Assembly: GCF_044704955.1 (NCBI RefSeq)
Contig: NC_091985.1
Span: 215,326,001 to 215,390,000, forward strand
Source of the DNA: Pristiophorus japonicus
Lineage: Eukaryota
Direction: 5' to 3'
DNA length: 64,000 nt
A program made the translations under genes and the position numbers. A model generated the notes under the pieces. The model searched no databases. It saw only the letters and a program-made list of their open reading frames with translations, and was not told the origin of the DNA. Below, piece after piece: positions 39,512-52,737 of this stretch. The number at the start of each line of letters is the position of its first letter. The stretch's first letter is position 1.

Positions 39512-39832
39512 ACACACTCACATCCCATAGTCTGATCAATACAGTGTAAAACCCACACTCACATCCCATAGTCTGAACAATACAGTGTGAAACACACACT
39601 CACATCCCATAGTCTGAAATATACAGTGTAAAACACACACTCACATCCCATAGTCTGAACTATACAGTGTAAAACACACACTCTCATCCCATAGTCTGAA
39701 CAATACAGTGTGAAACACACACTCACATCCCATAGTCTGAACTATACAGTGTAAAACACACACTCACATCCCATAGTCTGAACTATACAATGTAAAACAA
39801 AGACTCATATCCCATAGTCTGAACAATACAGG
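39512..39832. repeat. Homogenised 41-bp subarray (CACACTCACATCCCATAGTCTGAACAATACAGTGTAAAACA), about 8 copies
   Basis: 41-bp period, e.g. ACATCCCATA at 39561 and 39602. Confidence 0.92.
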
Positions 39833-39899
39833 GTGACAGATTGAACAGAGACAGCGGCCTCTGAGCTTCCAGATCCACCTCCAAACTTCACACTCGAGC

Positions 39900-41220
39900 A
39901 TTGAAATACTTGCCTGCTGCCCCCCCGCCCCCGGCCACTCGTCTCCCCGCCCAGTGTTTAAACCGACGGGAAGGGCCTATGCGACCTCCCCTCCCCCAAC
40001 TCTGCCTGTGGCTGCCATTTCCTCTGTGCTGGGCTGATAATCATTGAACACATCAGGGAGCGGAGATATCCCGGGCCAGTGTAAGGGAGCAAACAGCAGC
40101 CACCTTACAGCAGCTCATCGCGTTGGGACTGTGTCCGCAAATGGGCTTTGTGTCAGGGAATCGGGGGCTGTTTGTAAGAGGCAGAATGGAGCAGGAAGTA
40201 GTTCGGGAACGTGGAGTGAGTGGGGGAAGGGAGCGGAGATATCCCGGGCTGTGTGTGTACAGTGTAAGGTAACAGAGAAAGTTAATCACCACACTCTTTC
40301 AAATCATTGCTGGTTTCTGTCACCAAACCAGTAGTGAATGTTCCTGATTCAGTCCCAATCTCACCGTGTCTGCCCTTCTTGGACATTGAACAGTGGAAAC
40401 ACAGCCTGACAGTGAGGATGTGAGGAGTGTCACAAAGTGTATCTATTGCAGGCACCAGGACAGAAAGTAGACATTTCAAATTTGGTCATTTTGTTTTGGT
40501 GCGTTGAGTTCTCCAGAACCGTGTTGAAGGTGATCGAGAGATACATTGTTGCTCCCTCCGATACATCATGATCCGGGCTCTGTGACATTCTGTTGACTGC
40601 ACAGGCACTTAACTCGGTTCCAATAGACTGAGAACAATTGTTGTACAGCCCATGTACCTGTGGTTATAATCCAGAAAGCGATTCAGAATTTTACAGGTAG
40701 TCCTATGGGAGTGGAGGATATAAACCTCGATTGTATTAATCGGGTGATCCCATTCATGGACCAGTGCTGGGTTTGGGTTGTGTCTGGTTGCTGATAACTT
40801 TCTATAGAACCGTCCTACACACCTGGTGTGGAAAATCTGAGTGCCGCTGTACTGCAGTGAGGTCAGACAAGGACACTGTTTGTATCACGGTTTCCTCTCT
40901 CCAGATATTTTACTTTATTATAAACATATACATTCATTGCAACTTTATTTTATATTTTCCCCATCAGTTGTCCATATCATAACTAATATTTTTCTGGTAT
41001 TATTCTCAAAGCAAAATACTTCATTGAGCCAGTATAAAATGATATTTCTTCCATCCAGAACACAAGAAAAAGTGCAGGCAGCTCCTTCTCGCATACAGTA
41101 AGTACATTATCACTCAGAGCGCAGAGACACAGAACTGACCTCAATCCTGTTATCACAGGCAGCAGAAGCTGTCAGTCCAACAGTGATCCGAAGTGGCTGA
41201 GTTACATTGTGAATCTTACA
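39900..41220 (+). other. Triplicated unannotated module, copy B
   Basis: Colinear with copies A and C. Confidence 0.75.
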
Positions 41221-41264
41221 GCCACACAGAGCGGTAGGATCAAATGCTGTTTCACTATTGAAAC

Positions 41265-42173
<909 letters not shown>

Positions 42174-43107
42174 AACTCCATGCTGTCCTGAGAGAACAAA
42201 CCAAAAACACAATGGCTCTTTTAAGAGCCACCCACAACCTCTCTGAAAGACCTAAAGCGCATCACCCTTTAGACTCAATATTCTGTAATTATTTCCTGAA
42301 CAAGTGTGTTTGGGAACCTTTGCAGTTCCAGCTGTGGAGTTAGTTTTGAATTCTCATAAGCAGCTTCACTGTCTGGTTCGACGTTAGGACTGCTGTTGAA
42401 TTTCCCGCCATTCAAGCTACAAACACGATTCCTTGTCGCTCGTTCCCATTTACAGCGCCTGCCGAGGAATTAAGAGCTTGTTTAGGAAATGAGGCTCAGA
42501 TTTCAGTCACCTCATTCTCTCGTAAGCCCTTTACAAATTTATTTTTCAATTCCTGTTACGGTCAATCTGTTTATTAACTCGGGACTCCCTGCAATGTAAA
42601 AACCCAGAATGGGAGTTCGTACAGAGACCAGAACGGGAGCAGTGTGAACACTCTATCCCTCTTCCCTTTTCACATAAGGGCTCCCAGTTCTGGACTCACT
42701 CCCGCCTGTGCGGAAGATCAATCCATGATTTGTGATTCCCAACTTTTACACAGTTTGAGCTGGAATGTGTCCTGTTACAGAATCAGTGGGGATTGATTGC
42801 CGTCCGTTACAGACAGATTGACAGTGAACGCGAATTTAATTTTGATTGTAACAGCCTGGAATTAGTAAGGGAAATATGGAATAAAATAAAAGGAAGTAAA
42901 ACCTGTTTGTAAACCTTTGGCTAATGGTGCATTTATTAACATAATCCGCACTTTAAAAAATTATTGGCGGTGTTTTTGAAATTAAAAATAGTTCGAGGTG
43001 TGACTGTTGAGGACAGGAATTTCCGCCGTCGTTTCATTGGTGGTCTCAGCAGACAATGGGTAAGGCGAGAGATTAACATTCAGCGGCAATTTCAGTAAAG
43101 AATCATC

Positions 43108-43412
<305 letters not shown>

Positions 43413-43686
43413 ATAACGTGACCCTTTCTCCCAAACACAACACAAAGGCTCTTCTCAGAGCCACCCACCTCTTCACAGAGAGAGCAGTGACCTGGGGAAC
43501 GGGGGCGAGATCGTTGATTTACATTTTGTTCTGTATAGATATGTTTTTTGCCAAGATCTGTATTGTGGTGTTCGGTGTTTTAAATCAGCATATAAACGAT
43601 GGACAGAATGTCCTTTTAGTCTTCAAATCATAGACATTTACGGGACATTCCAGATGAAGGTAATACTGAAAAATCTAATGTAGTTA

Positions 43687-44948
43687 GAACATAAGAACAT
43701 AAAAACATAAGAAATAGGAGCAAATGTAGGCCATACGGCCCCTCGAGCCTGCTCCGCCATTTAATACGATCATGGACTCTGGTCTACTTTCCTGCCCCAT
43801 ATTCCCTTATTAAGAAACTGTCTGTTTCTGTCTTAATTTTATTCAATGTCCCAGCTCTCTGAGGCAGCGAATTCCACAGATTCACAATCCTCAGAGAAGA
43901 AATTTCTCCTCATCTCAGTTTTAAATGGGCGACCTCTTATTCTAAGATTAAGCCCTCTAGTTCTAGTTTCCCCTAGCAGTGGAAACATCCTCTCTGCATC
44001 CACCTTGTTAAGCCCCCTCATAATCTTATATGTTTCGATAAGATCACCTCTCATTCTTCTGAATTCCAATGAGTAGAAGCCCAACCTACTCTACCTTTCC
44101 TCAAGTCAACCCCCTCATTCTGGAATCAACCTTGTGAAACTTCTCTGAACTGCCTCCAAAGCAAGTATATCCTTTTTGTAAATATAGAAACCAAAACTGC
44201 ATGAAGTATTCCAGGTGTGGCCTCACCAATACCCTGTACAACTGTAGCAAGACTTCCCTGCTTTTATACTCCATCCCCTTTGCAATAAAAGCCAGATTCC
44301 ATTGGCCTTCCTGATCACTTGCTGTACCTGCATACTAACCTTTTGTGTTTCATGCACAAGTACCCCCAGGTCCCGCTGCACTGCAGCACTTTGCAATCTT
44401 TCACCATTGAAATAATAACTTGCACTTGCACAAATCAAAGAGCATGACCTCACACTTTCCAATATTATACTCCATCTGCCAAATCCTTGCTCACTCACTT
44501 AGCCTGTCTATGTCCTTTTGCAGAATTTGTGTCCTCCTCACCCATTGCTTTTCCTCCTATCTTTGTATCGTCAGCAAACTTGGCTGCGTTACTCTCGGTC
44601 CCTTCTTCCAAGTCATTAATATAGATCGTAAATAGTTGGGGTCCTAGCACTGATTCCTGTGGCATCCCCTTGGTTACTGATTGCCAACCCGGGAATGAAC
44701 CATTTATCCCCACTCTCTGGTTTCTGTTTGTTAGCCAATCCTCTATCCATGCTAATATATTACCCCCAACCCCGTGAACTTTTATCTTGTGCAGTCAGTA
44801 ACCTTTTATGTGGCACCTTGTCAAATGCGTTCTGGAAGTCCAAATACACCACATCCACTACTTCCCCATTATCCACCCTGTGCGTGACATCCTCAAAGAA
44901 TTCCAGCAAATTTGTCAAACATGACTTCCCCTTCATAAATCCATACTG
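43687..44948 (-). mobile_element. 5'-truncated CR1 inserted in the H4-H2B spacer
   Basis: RT fragments 43839-44713 and a TTATGTTC-type tail. The flanks match the uninterrupted spacer at about 49017-49035. Confidence 0.9.
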
Positions 44949-45329
44949 TTACATCCATGTTACAGCAGTGACAGATAAGAAAGGTGTTGAATTAAACGAT
45001 GGGAGGAAGGCAGCATCAGGGCAGAAGGACAGTGAGGGTCCCTTGCCCTCATAGAAGGACTCCCAAGTCCTGATCAGAAGTGACCCTCAGGAAATCTCGG
45101 TTACAAACCGGTCAATGTCTCGAACATGTAGAAATGTAGATCGACAAACACAGCTGTTCAGATTATTGAATGTATATATAGAAAAAAACGTGAATGAACC
45201 TTCCTCATAAGTCCGGCCGTCATTAACCATTTTTGCCTGAGAGCAGAATAGAAACAAAAACGGAATATAAATCGGGAGGGGATGTCATTGATGACTTAAT
45301 TTAAGAATTTGAGATTGTGGCAAACAATA

Positions 45330-45480
45330 AATCTGATTGGATGTTTAAAGATACCAATCAGAGAGATACAGAACAATGGAAATTGACAACGCAGCCAATG
45401 AACCAATCACAGTCATTGCCTTCACCCATCCCTCATTAGCATAAGGTTGTGGGCGGAGTGTGGGGCTACCTACATAATGC
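45330..45480 (+). promoter_or_regulatory. H2B-type promoter upstream of the interrupted H2B
   Basis: CCAAT boxes, octamer-like CTCATTAGCATA, GGGCGG and a weakened TATA (TACATAA). Paralogous to 49285-49435. Confidence 0.75.
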
Positions 45481-45547
45481 GAGCCCGGAGCAAAATTTCT
45501 TTCATATCTACCCGACTGAACAAGACGATGCCTGAGGAAAAGAAACC

Positions 45548-45900
45548 CGCTTCTCGGCCTTTTGGCTAAGATCATGCGTAACTGACCTGACAGGGGAGTA
45601 ACCACCATAACCCCAAGGTGGTTCTCCCTGGATCAGGAAGGTATATGCTTGCTTTTTTGGAAATAGGAGGTGGGTGGGGTGGTTTGACCCATCCACCTCC
45701 ACGGAGGTGTGTGGGGGACCTGACCTATACACCTCCATGGCACGAACCTGGTATTGCAGTACTTCCAGGAACGGTGCAGTGGCTCTAGGCCTTTTGGCTA
45801 AGAGCATTGGCGCAGAGTGATCCTTGAATGGGCCCAAGGTGACCTCTGGCGTTTGTGATTTGACAAAGAATTGGAACGATTGGCTACGAATTTTAAAAAA
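45548..45900 (+). mobile_element. U2/U1 snRNA-derived chimeric retroposon, unit 1
   Basis: U2 5' end CGCTTCTCGGCCTTTTGGCTAAGATCA (45548-45574). U1-like ACTGACCTGACAGGGGAG...AAGGTGGTTCTCCC (45581-45628). U2 3' stem-loop IV ACCTGGTATTGCAGTACTTCCAGGAACGGTGCA (45746-45778). A-tail. Confidence 0.85.
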
Positions 45901-45909
45901 AAGAAACCA

Positions 45910-46221
45910 GCTTCTCGGTTTTTTGGCCAAGATCATGCGTAACTGACCTGACAGGGGAATAACCATGACCAGAAAGTGGTTCTCCCTGGATCAGGAAGGT
46001 GGTTCTCCTATGCTTTTTGGAAATAGGAGGTGGGTGTGGGGCTTGACCCATCCACCTCCATGGCACGAACCTGATATTGCAGTACTTCCAGGAACGGTGC
46101 TTGGGCTCGAGGCCTTTTGGCTAAGAGCATTGGCGCAGAGTGATCCTTGATGGGTGCAAGGTGACCTCTGGCGTTTATGATCTCACAAAGAATTGGAAAG
46201 ATTGGCAACGAATAATAAAAA
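45910..46221 (+). mobile_element. U2/U1 snRNA-derived chimeric retroposon, unit 2
   Basis: Same order of modules as unit 1 but diverged: U1-like 45942-45986, U2 SL-IV 46069-46100, A-rich tail. Confidence 0.85.
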
Positions 46222-47551
46222 AAGAAACCAGCTTCGAAAAAGGGTGCCAAAAAAGTCATCAAAAAAACATCACCAAAGGGCGGCAAGAAGCGCCGAAATT
46301 CGAGGAAGGAGAGTTATGCTATCTACATCTACAAAGTGATGAAGCAGGTTCACCCCGACACCGGCATCTCCTCCAAGGCCATGGGCATCATGAACTCGTT
46401 TGTGAATAATATTTTCGAGCGCATTGCGGGTGAGGCTTCCCGCCTGGCCCATTACAACAAGCGTCGCGCCATCAGTTCCCGGGAGATCCAGACCGCCGTG
46501 CGCCTGCTGCTGCCCGGGGAGCTGACCAAGCACGCCGTGTCGGAAGGGTCAAAGGCGGTGACCAAGTACACCAGCTCCAAGTAAAACTCCACGCTGTCCT
46601 GACAGAACAAACCCCAAACACAACGGCTCTTTTAAGAGCCACCCACAACATAATTGAAAGAGCTGCACAAACATCACCCTTTAGACTGAATTTACTGTAA
46701 TTATTTCCTGAACAAGTGTGTGTGAGAACCTTTGTAGTTCCAGCTGTAGATTTAGTTTTGAATTCTCATAAGTAGCTTCACTGACCGGCTTGACCTTGGC
46801 GTCACTGGAATTTCCTGTAGTGAGTAAACTACAAACACGGTCCCTGGTCGCTTTCCCTTTGTTCTCAGACCCGTTCATTCACAGCGCCTGCCGACGAATT
46901 TATTTTGGGGGGCGGGGAAACTCCGATTTCAGTCACATTCTCAATCAAGTCCTTTTCACGAGTTTTTTTTATTCCGTTGCGCTCAGTCCGTTTATTAACC
47001 CGAGACTCCCCGCAGTGTAACAACCCAGAATGGGAGTTCTTAGAGATTGGAACAGGGGCAGTTTGAACACCCTGTCCCTCTTCTCTTTTTACAGAAGGAC
47101 TCTCAGTTCTGGTCTCACTCCCACAGCAGCTCCTGTGAAAACAAGTTCACTTTTACGAAGATGGAGCTGGAATGTGTCCCGTTACAGAATCAGTGGGGAC
47201 TGAGTCCCGCCCGTTACAGACAGTTTGAAGCTGAAGCCGAATTTAATCCTAATTGTTACAGGCTGGAATTTGCAAGGGAAATATGGAATAAGACAAAAGG
47301 AAACAAAAAGTGTTTTGAAGTATTTGGCTAATGGTGAAGTTACTAACTCAATCCGCAATTTTCACAATTATTGGCGGGATTTTTGAATTTAAAAAATCGT
47401 TAGGTTCTGGCTGTTGGGAAACCAGTAATTTCCGCCCTCCTTTCATTGGTGGACTAGACAGGCTGTGATTGGTCATCGGAAACGGCCAATGAAATCCACG
47501 ACAGAGTGACCAATCACAAGTTCGCTCCCTGCATCCCTCCAGAAGGGATAA

Positions 47552-47970
<419 letters not shown>

Positions 47971-48402
47971 AGCGGACAAGATTTAAACTAATAACCCAAA
48001 GGCTCTTTTCAGAGCCACTCACAGTATCTGTGAAACGGCTGCTTACTGTATTAATGGAGACCTTGAGTTCAGGTACCGATAAATTGGTCTATTTCAGACC
48101 TGTATGCGGGAGTTTTCAGTTCCTGGTATTTCCATTATGGTTTTCTGCTCACACAAACTGTTCTAGTTAGCAGCTAATAATTAAACTACAGTTGTCAGAG
48201 ACTCAAAACTTGTATAAATACCGCAACCGGTTCCCTAAATATTTAATCTTATCAATGAAAGCTGTATGAAGAAAGTCGGCGGTTATTAAAAGGGCCTAGT
48301 TTAATTCTGGTCTGGTTTGAGAGTTTGAATGCTGGTTCTGTTCCCGGGAGCTCCAGTCGTTCCGGGCTGTGTATTTTTCTCCTAAGCCGGTCAGTTTAGG
48401 CC

Positions 48403-48492
48403 TACACTGAGCAGCCAAGCGCAAGACGGTCACTGCCATGGATGTGGTGTGCACTCTGAAACGGCAGGGCCGCACTTTCTATGGATTCAACG
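48403..48492 (+). pseudogene. Histone H4 3' fragment
   Basis: [25 protein letters not shown]; degraded stem-loop at about 48522-48537. Confidence 0.88.
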
Positions 48493-48664
48493 GGACTCTC
48501 TTCCCCCAAGCACAAAGCAAAGGCTCTTCTAAGTCCCACCCACCGCCTCACGGGGGGAGGGAGGGAGATATAGTTCATTTACATTTTGTTCGGTATCGAT
48601 AGATATTTTAAATCAGCATATGCACGATGGACGGAATATCCTTTTAGTTTCAGAATTATAGATA

Positions 48665-48960
48665 TTTATCATCGAAGCTTACAACACGGAATGAGGCCAC
48701 TTCGGCCCATCGTGTCCGTGCCGGCCAACAAAAGGCTATCCAGCCGAATCCCACTTTCCAGCTCTAGGTCCGTAACCCTGCAGGTTACGGCACTTCAAGT
48801 GCACATCCAAGTAGTTTTAAATGTGGTGAGGGTTTCTGCCTCTACCACCCTTTCAGGCAGTGAGTTCCAGAGCGCAGCCACCCTCTGCGTGAAGATATTT
48901 CCCCTCTAAATCTTCTACCAATTACTTTAAATTTATGCCTCCTGTGCTAAGGGAAATAGG
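48665..48960 (-). mobile_element. Short CR1 3' fragment
   Basis: Similar to the CR1 3' end at 12590-12900. Confidence 0.7.
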
Positions 48961-49284
48961 CCCTTTACGGCACAGAAGGTACGGCATATTCCAGGTGAAG
49001 GTAACACTGAAACAACTAATGTAGTTACAGCAGTGAAAGATAAGAAAGGTGTTGAATTAAACGGTGGGAGGAAGGCAGCATCAGGGAGGAAGGACATTGA
49101 GGGTCTTTTGACCTCATAGACTTCCAAGTCCTGACCAGAAGTGGCCCTCAGGCAATCTCGGTTACAAACCGGTCAATGTCTGTCAAACATGTAGAAATCT
49201 AGATCGATAAAGAACAGAGTATAAGTCGGGAGGGGATGTAACTGATGACCTAATTGAAGAATTTGAGATTGTGGCGAGCAGTAA

Positions 49285-49435
49285 ATCTGATTGGTCTCTT
49301 TAAACATCCAATCAGAGAATTACAGAACAATAGAAATTGACAACGCAGTGAGTGAACCAATCACAATTGTTGCCTTCACCCATCCCTCATTAGCATAGGG
49401 CTGTGGGCGGAGTGTGGGGCTGCCTATATAATGCG
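49285..49435 (+). promoter_or_regulatory. H2B promoter
   Basis: CCAAT boxes, octamer-like CTCATTAGCATA, GGGCGG and TATATAA. Confidence 0.8.
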
Positions 49436-49483
49436 AGCTCCGAGCTAAGTTTACGTCATGTCTGGGTTGGATTGAACAAGACG

Positions 49484-49861
49484 ATGCCTGAAGAGAAGAA
49501 ATCAGTTACTGCCAAGAAAGGCGCCAAGAAAGTGATCAAGAAAACACCACCAAAGGGCGGTAAGAAGCGCAGGAAGTCGAGGAAGGAGAGTTACTCCATC
49601 TACATCTACAAAGTGATGAAGCAGGTTCACCCCGACACCGGCATCTCCTCCAAGGCCATGGGCATCATGAACTCTTTTGTGAACGATATTTTCGAGCGCA
49701 TCGCAGGTGAGGCTTCCCGCCTGGCCCATTACAACAAGCGCCGCACCATCAGCTCCCGGGAGATCCAGACCGCCGTGCGTCTGCTGCTACCCGGGGAGCT
49801 GGCCAAGCACGCCGTATCGGAAGGGACAAAGGCGGTGACCAAGTACACTAGCTCCAAGTAA
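49484..49861 (+). CDS. H2B: Histone H2B (125 aa), replication-dependent
   Basis: [16 protein letters not shown]...[26 protein letters not shown]...TKYTSSK; intronless. Confidence 0.97.
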   Translation: MPEEKKSVTAKKGAKKVIKKTPPKGGKKRRKSRKESYSIYIYKVMKQVHPDTGISSKAMGIMNSFVNDIFERIAGEASRLAHYNKRRTISSREIQTAVRLLLPGELAKHAVSEGTKAVTKYTSSK

Positions 49862-49901
49862 AACTCCACGTTGTCCTCACACAACAATCCCTAAACACAA
49901 C

Positions 49902-49917
49902 GGCTCTTTTAAGAGCC
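49902..49917 (+). terminator. Histone 3' stem-loop (H2B)
   Basis: GGCTCTTTTAAGAGCC-ACCCA followed by a purine-rich GAAAGAG downstream element. Confidence 0.95.
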
Positions 49918-50810
49918 ACCCACAACGTCTCTGAAAGAGCTGCACAAACACATCACCCTTTAAACTCAATTTACTGTATTTATTTCCTGAGCAAGTGTGT
50001 TTGACAGCATTTAAAATTCCAGCTGTAGATTTAGATTTGAATTATCAGATAAGCGGTTTTACTGTCCGGTTCAACCTTAGCTTCTCTGATGAATTTTCCT
50101 CCCAGTAAACTGCACACACTGTCCCTGGTCGCTTGCCAATGAATTATGATCTTGTTTTAGGAGGTGAAACTCAGACTTTAGTCACCTCATTCTCTCTCAA
50201 ACCCTTTACAATATAAAAAAAATTCTAGTTCGGGTCAACCCGCTTATTAATCCGAGATTCCGAGTGCAACAGCCCAGACTGGGAGTTCTTACAGAGACCA
50301 GAACAGGGAGTTTGAACCCTCTGTCCCTCTTTTCACAGAAGAACTCCCAGTTCTGGTCTCACTGCCGCCTGTGCGGATGATCGATCCATGATCTGTGATT
50401 CCCAAATTGTACAAAGATTGTGCTGGAATGTGTCCCGTTACAGAACGTTTGAAACTGAACGCGAATTTAATCCTGATTGTAACATCCTGGAATTTGGAAG
50501 GCAATAAAGAATACGGCAAAAGGAAATAAAAAGTGTTTGGAAATCTTTGGCTAATGTTGAATTTATTAACATAATCCGCATTGTAAAAATTATTGGCGGG
50601 GTTTTTGAAATTGAAGATTCGTTGGCAGTCGAACAGTAATTTTCGCCCTGTTTACATTGGCGGGCTAAACAGACGGTGATTGGTCAGCGGAAAAGACCAA
50701 TGAAATCCACTTCAGAGCGACCAATCACAAGTTCGCTCCCTGCATCCCTCCAGAATGTATAAGAAGGGCAGATGTGGGAGGAGTTTCTCATTCTTTGTCT
50801 GAACTTGTGA

Positions 50811-51206
<396 letters not shown>

Positions 51207-51236
51207 AGCGGACAAGATTTAATCTAATAACCCAAA

Positions 51237-51252
51237 GGCTCTTTTCAGAGCC
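51237..51252 (+). terminator. Histone 3' stem-loop (H2A)
   Basis: GGCTCTTTTCAGAGCC-ACCCA. Confidence 0.95.
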
Positions 51253-51344
51253 ACCCACAGTATCTGTGAAGGGGATGCTTACTGTCTTAATGGAGTCAGA
51301 GCCCTTTAATTCATGTACCGATCGATGGGCCTGTTTTAGACCTG

Positions 51345-51612
51345 GAAACATAGAAAATAGGTGCAGGAGTAGGCCATTCGGCCCTTCGAGCCTGCACCAC
51401 CATTCAATAAGATCATGGCTGATTATTCCCTCAGTACCCCTTTCCTGCTTTCTCTCCATATCCCTTTAGCCATAAGGGCCACATCTAACTCCCTCTTGAA
51501 TATATGTAACGAACTGGCATCAACAACTCTGCGGTAGGGAATTCCACAGGTTAACAACTCTGAGTGAATAAGTTTCTCCTCATCTCAGTCCTAAATGGCT
51601 TTCCCCTTATCC
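51345..51612 (-). mobile_element. Short CR1 3' end
   Basis: CR1 tail; absent at the paralogous site at about 48100. Confidence 0.88.
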
Positions 51613-52256
51613 GTACGCGGGAGTTTTCAGTTCCCGGTCTCTGCATTACGGTTCTCTGCTCACACATACACTTCCCGTTAACAGCGAATAATTGAACTAC
51701 AGTTGTCACTCAACAATTGTATAAATACTGCCACCGGTTCTTTAAATATTCTTTAATCTGTCTGAAAACGAGAGAGTCGGCAATGATGAATTAATGTAGT
51801 AATAAAAGGGCCTAGTTTAATTCTGGTCTGGTTTGAGATAGTTTGAATGCTGATTTTGTTCTCGGGAGCTCTGGCCGTTCCCGGGCTCTGTATTTCTCTG
51901 CTAAGCCGGTCAGTTTAGACCGCACTGGAGCAGCGAGCGATGCACACATACAGGACCCGAGTCCATTGCAGTGCTTCCCAGATCTACCTGCCCCCATTCT
52001 CCGGCAACACCGAATGGGGAAATCTGTGCTCTGCCCCGGGGAACTCGAGGTCAGAGCGACGCAAAGCCGATGTCAGTTTCTGAAAATATTAAGACTCACC
52101 AGTTAATCGTCAATAATTCCCATGTGAACCGAGTTGGTATATGAAGACACGATCAGTAATCAGTCTCACACCCTCTGCCCGTCCCTACAATGGGTTAATG
52201 AACAACACGAAGCTCTGGTTACAGTAGATCGCAGCTCTTTCCTTTGCTGATTTGGT

Positions 52257-52272
52257 GGCTCTGAAAAGAGCC
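52257..52272 (-). terminator. Histone 3' stem-loop (H3)
   Basis: GGCTCTTTTCAGAGCC on the - strand. Confidence 0.93.
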
Positions 52273-52317
52273 GTTGTTGCACTTGGTGCTGAAGCTTGGA
52301 GCCGGGGCAGGGGGAGT

Positions 52318-52737
<420 letters not shown>

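Larger units (their letters stand above)
45528..46584 (+). pseudogene. Histone H2B interrupted by a 682-bp tandem insertion
   Basis: ATG CCT GAG GAA AAG AAA CC at 45528. The frame resumes at 46222 as [15 protein letters not shown]... through TSSK*; stem-loop at about 46625-46640. Confidence 0.92.

Noticed and set aside
43683-44962. GTTA target preference for CR1 (also seen at 4607)
   Set aside because: Only two cases, in opposite orientation relative to the element, and explainable by tail microhomology.
45803-45820. U4 snRNA 5' end as a third donor RNA
   Set aside because: AGCATTGGCGCAG vs AGCTTTGCGCAG is too short and imperfect to support the call.
45811-45851. SECIS element
   Set aside because: The upper helix is only 5 bp rather than about 11-12, and there is no selenoprotein context.
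45548-46221. Functional U1 or U2 snRNA genes
   Set aside because: Both are partial and rearranged, lack a visible PSE or 3' box, have A-tails and lie inside H2B coding sequence.
49403-49483. N-terminally extended H2B, H2A or H1 as shown in the ORF track
   Set aside because: The extensions begin at GTG/TTG codons in promoter or UTR sequence; canonical ATGs lie downstream.
51960-51975. CCATTGCAGTG as another U1/U2 loop fragment
   Set aside because: Isolated short match with no flanking snRNA similarity.
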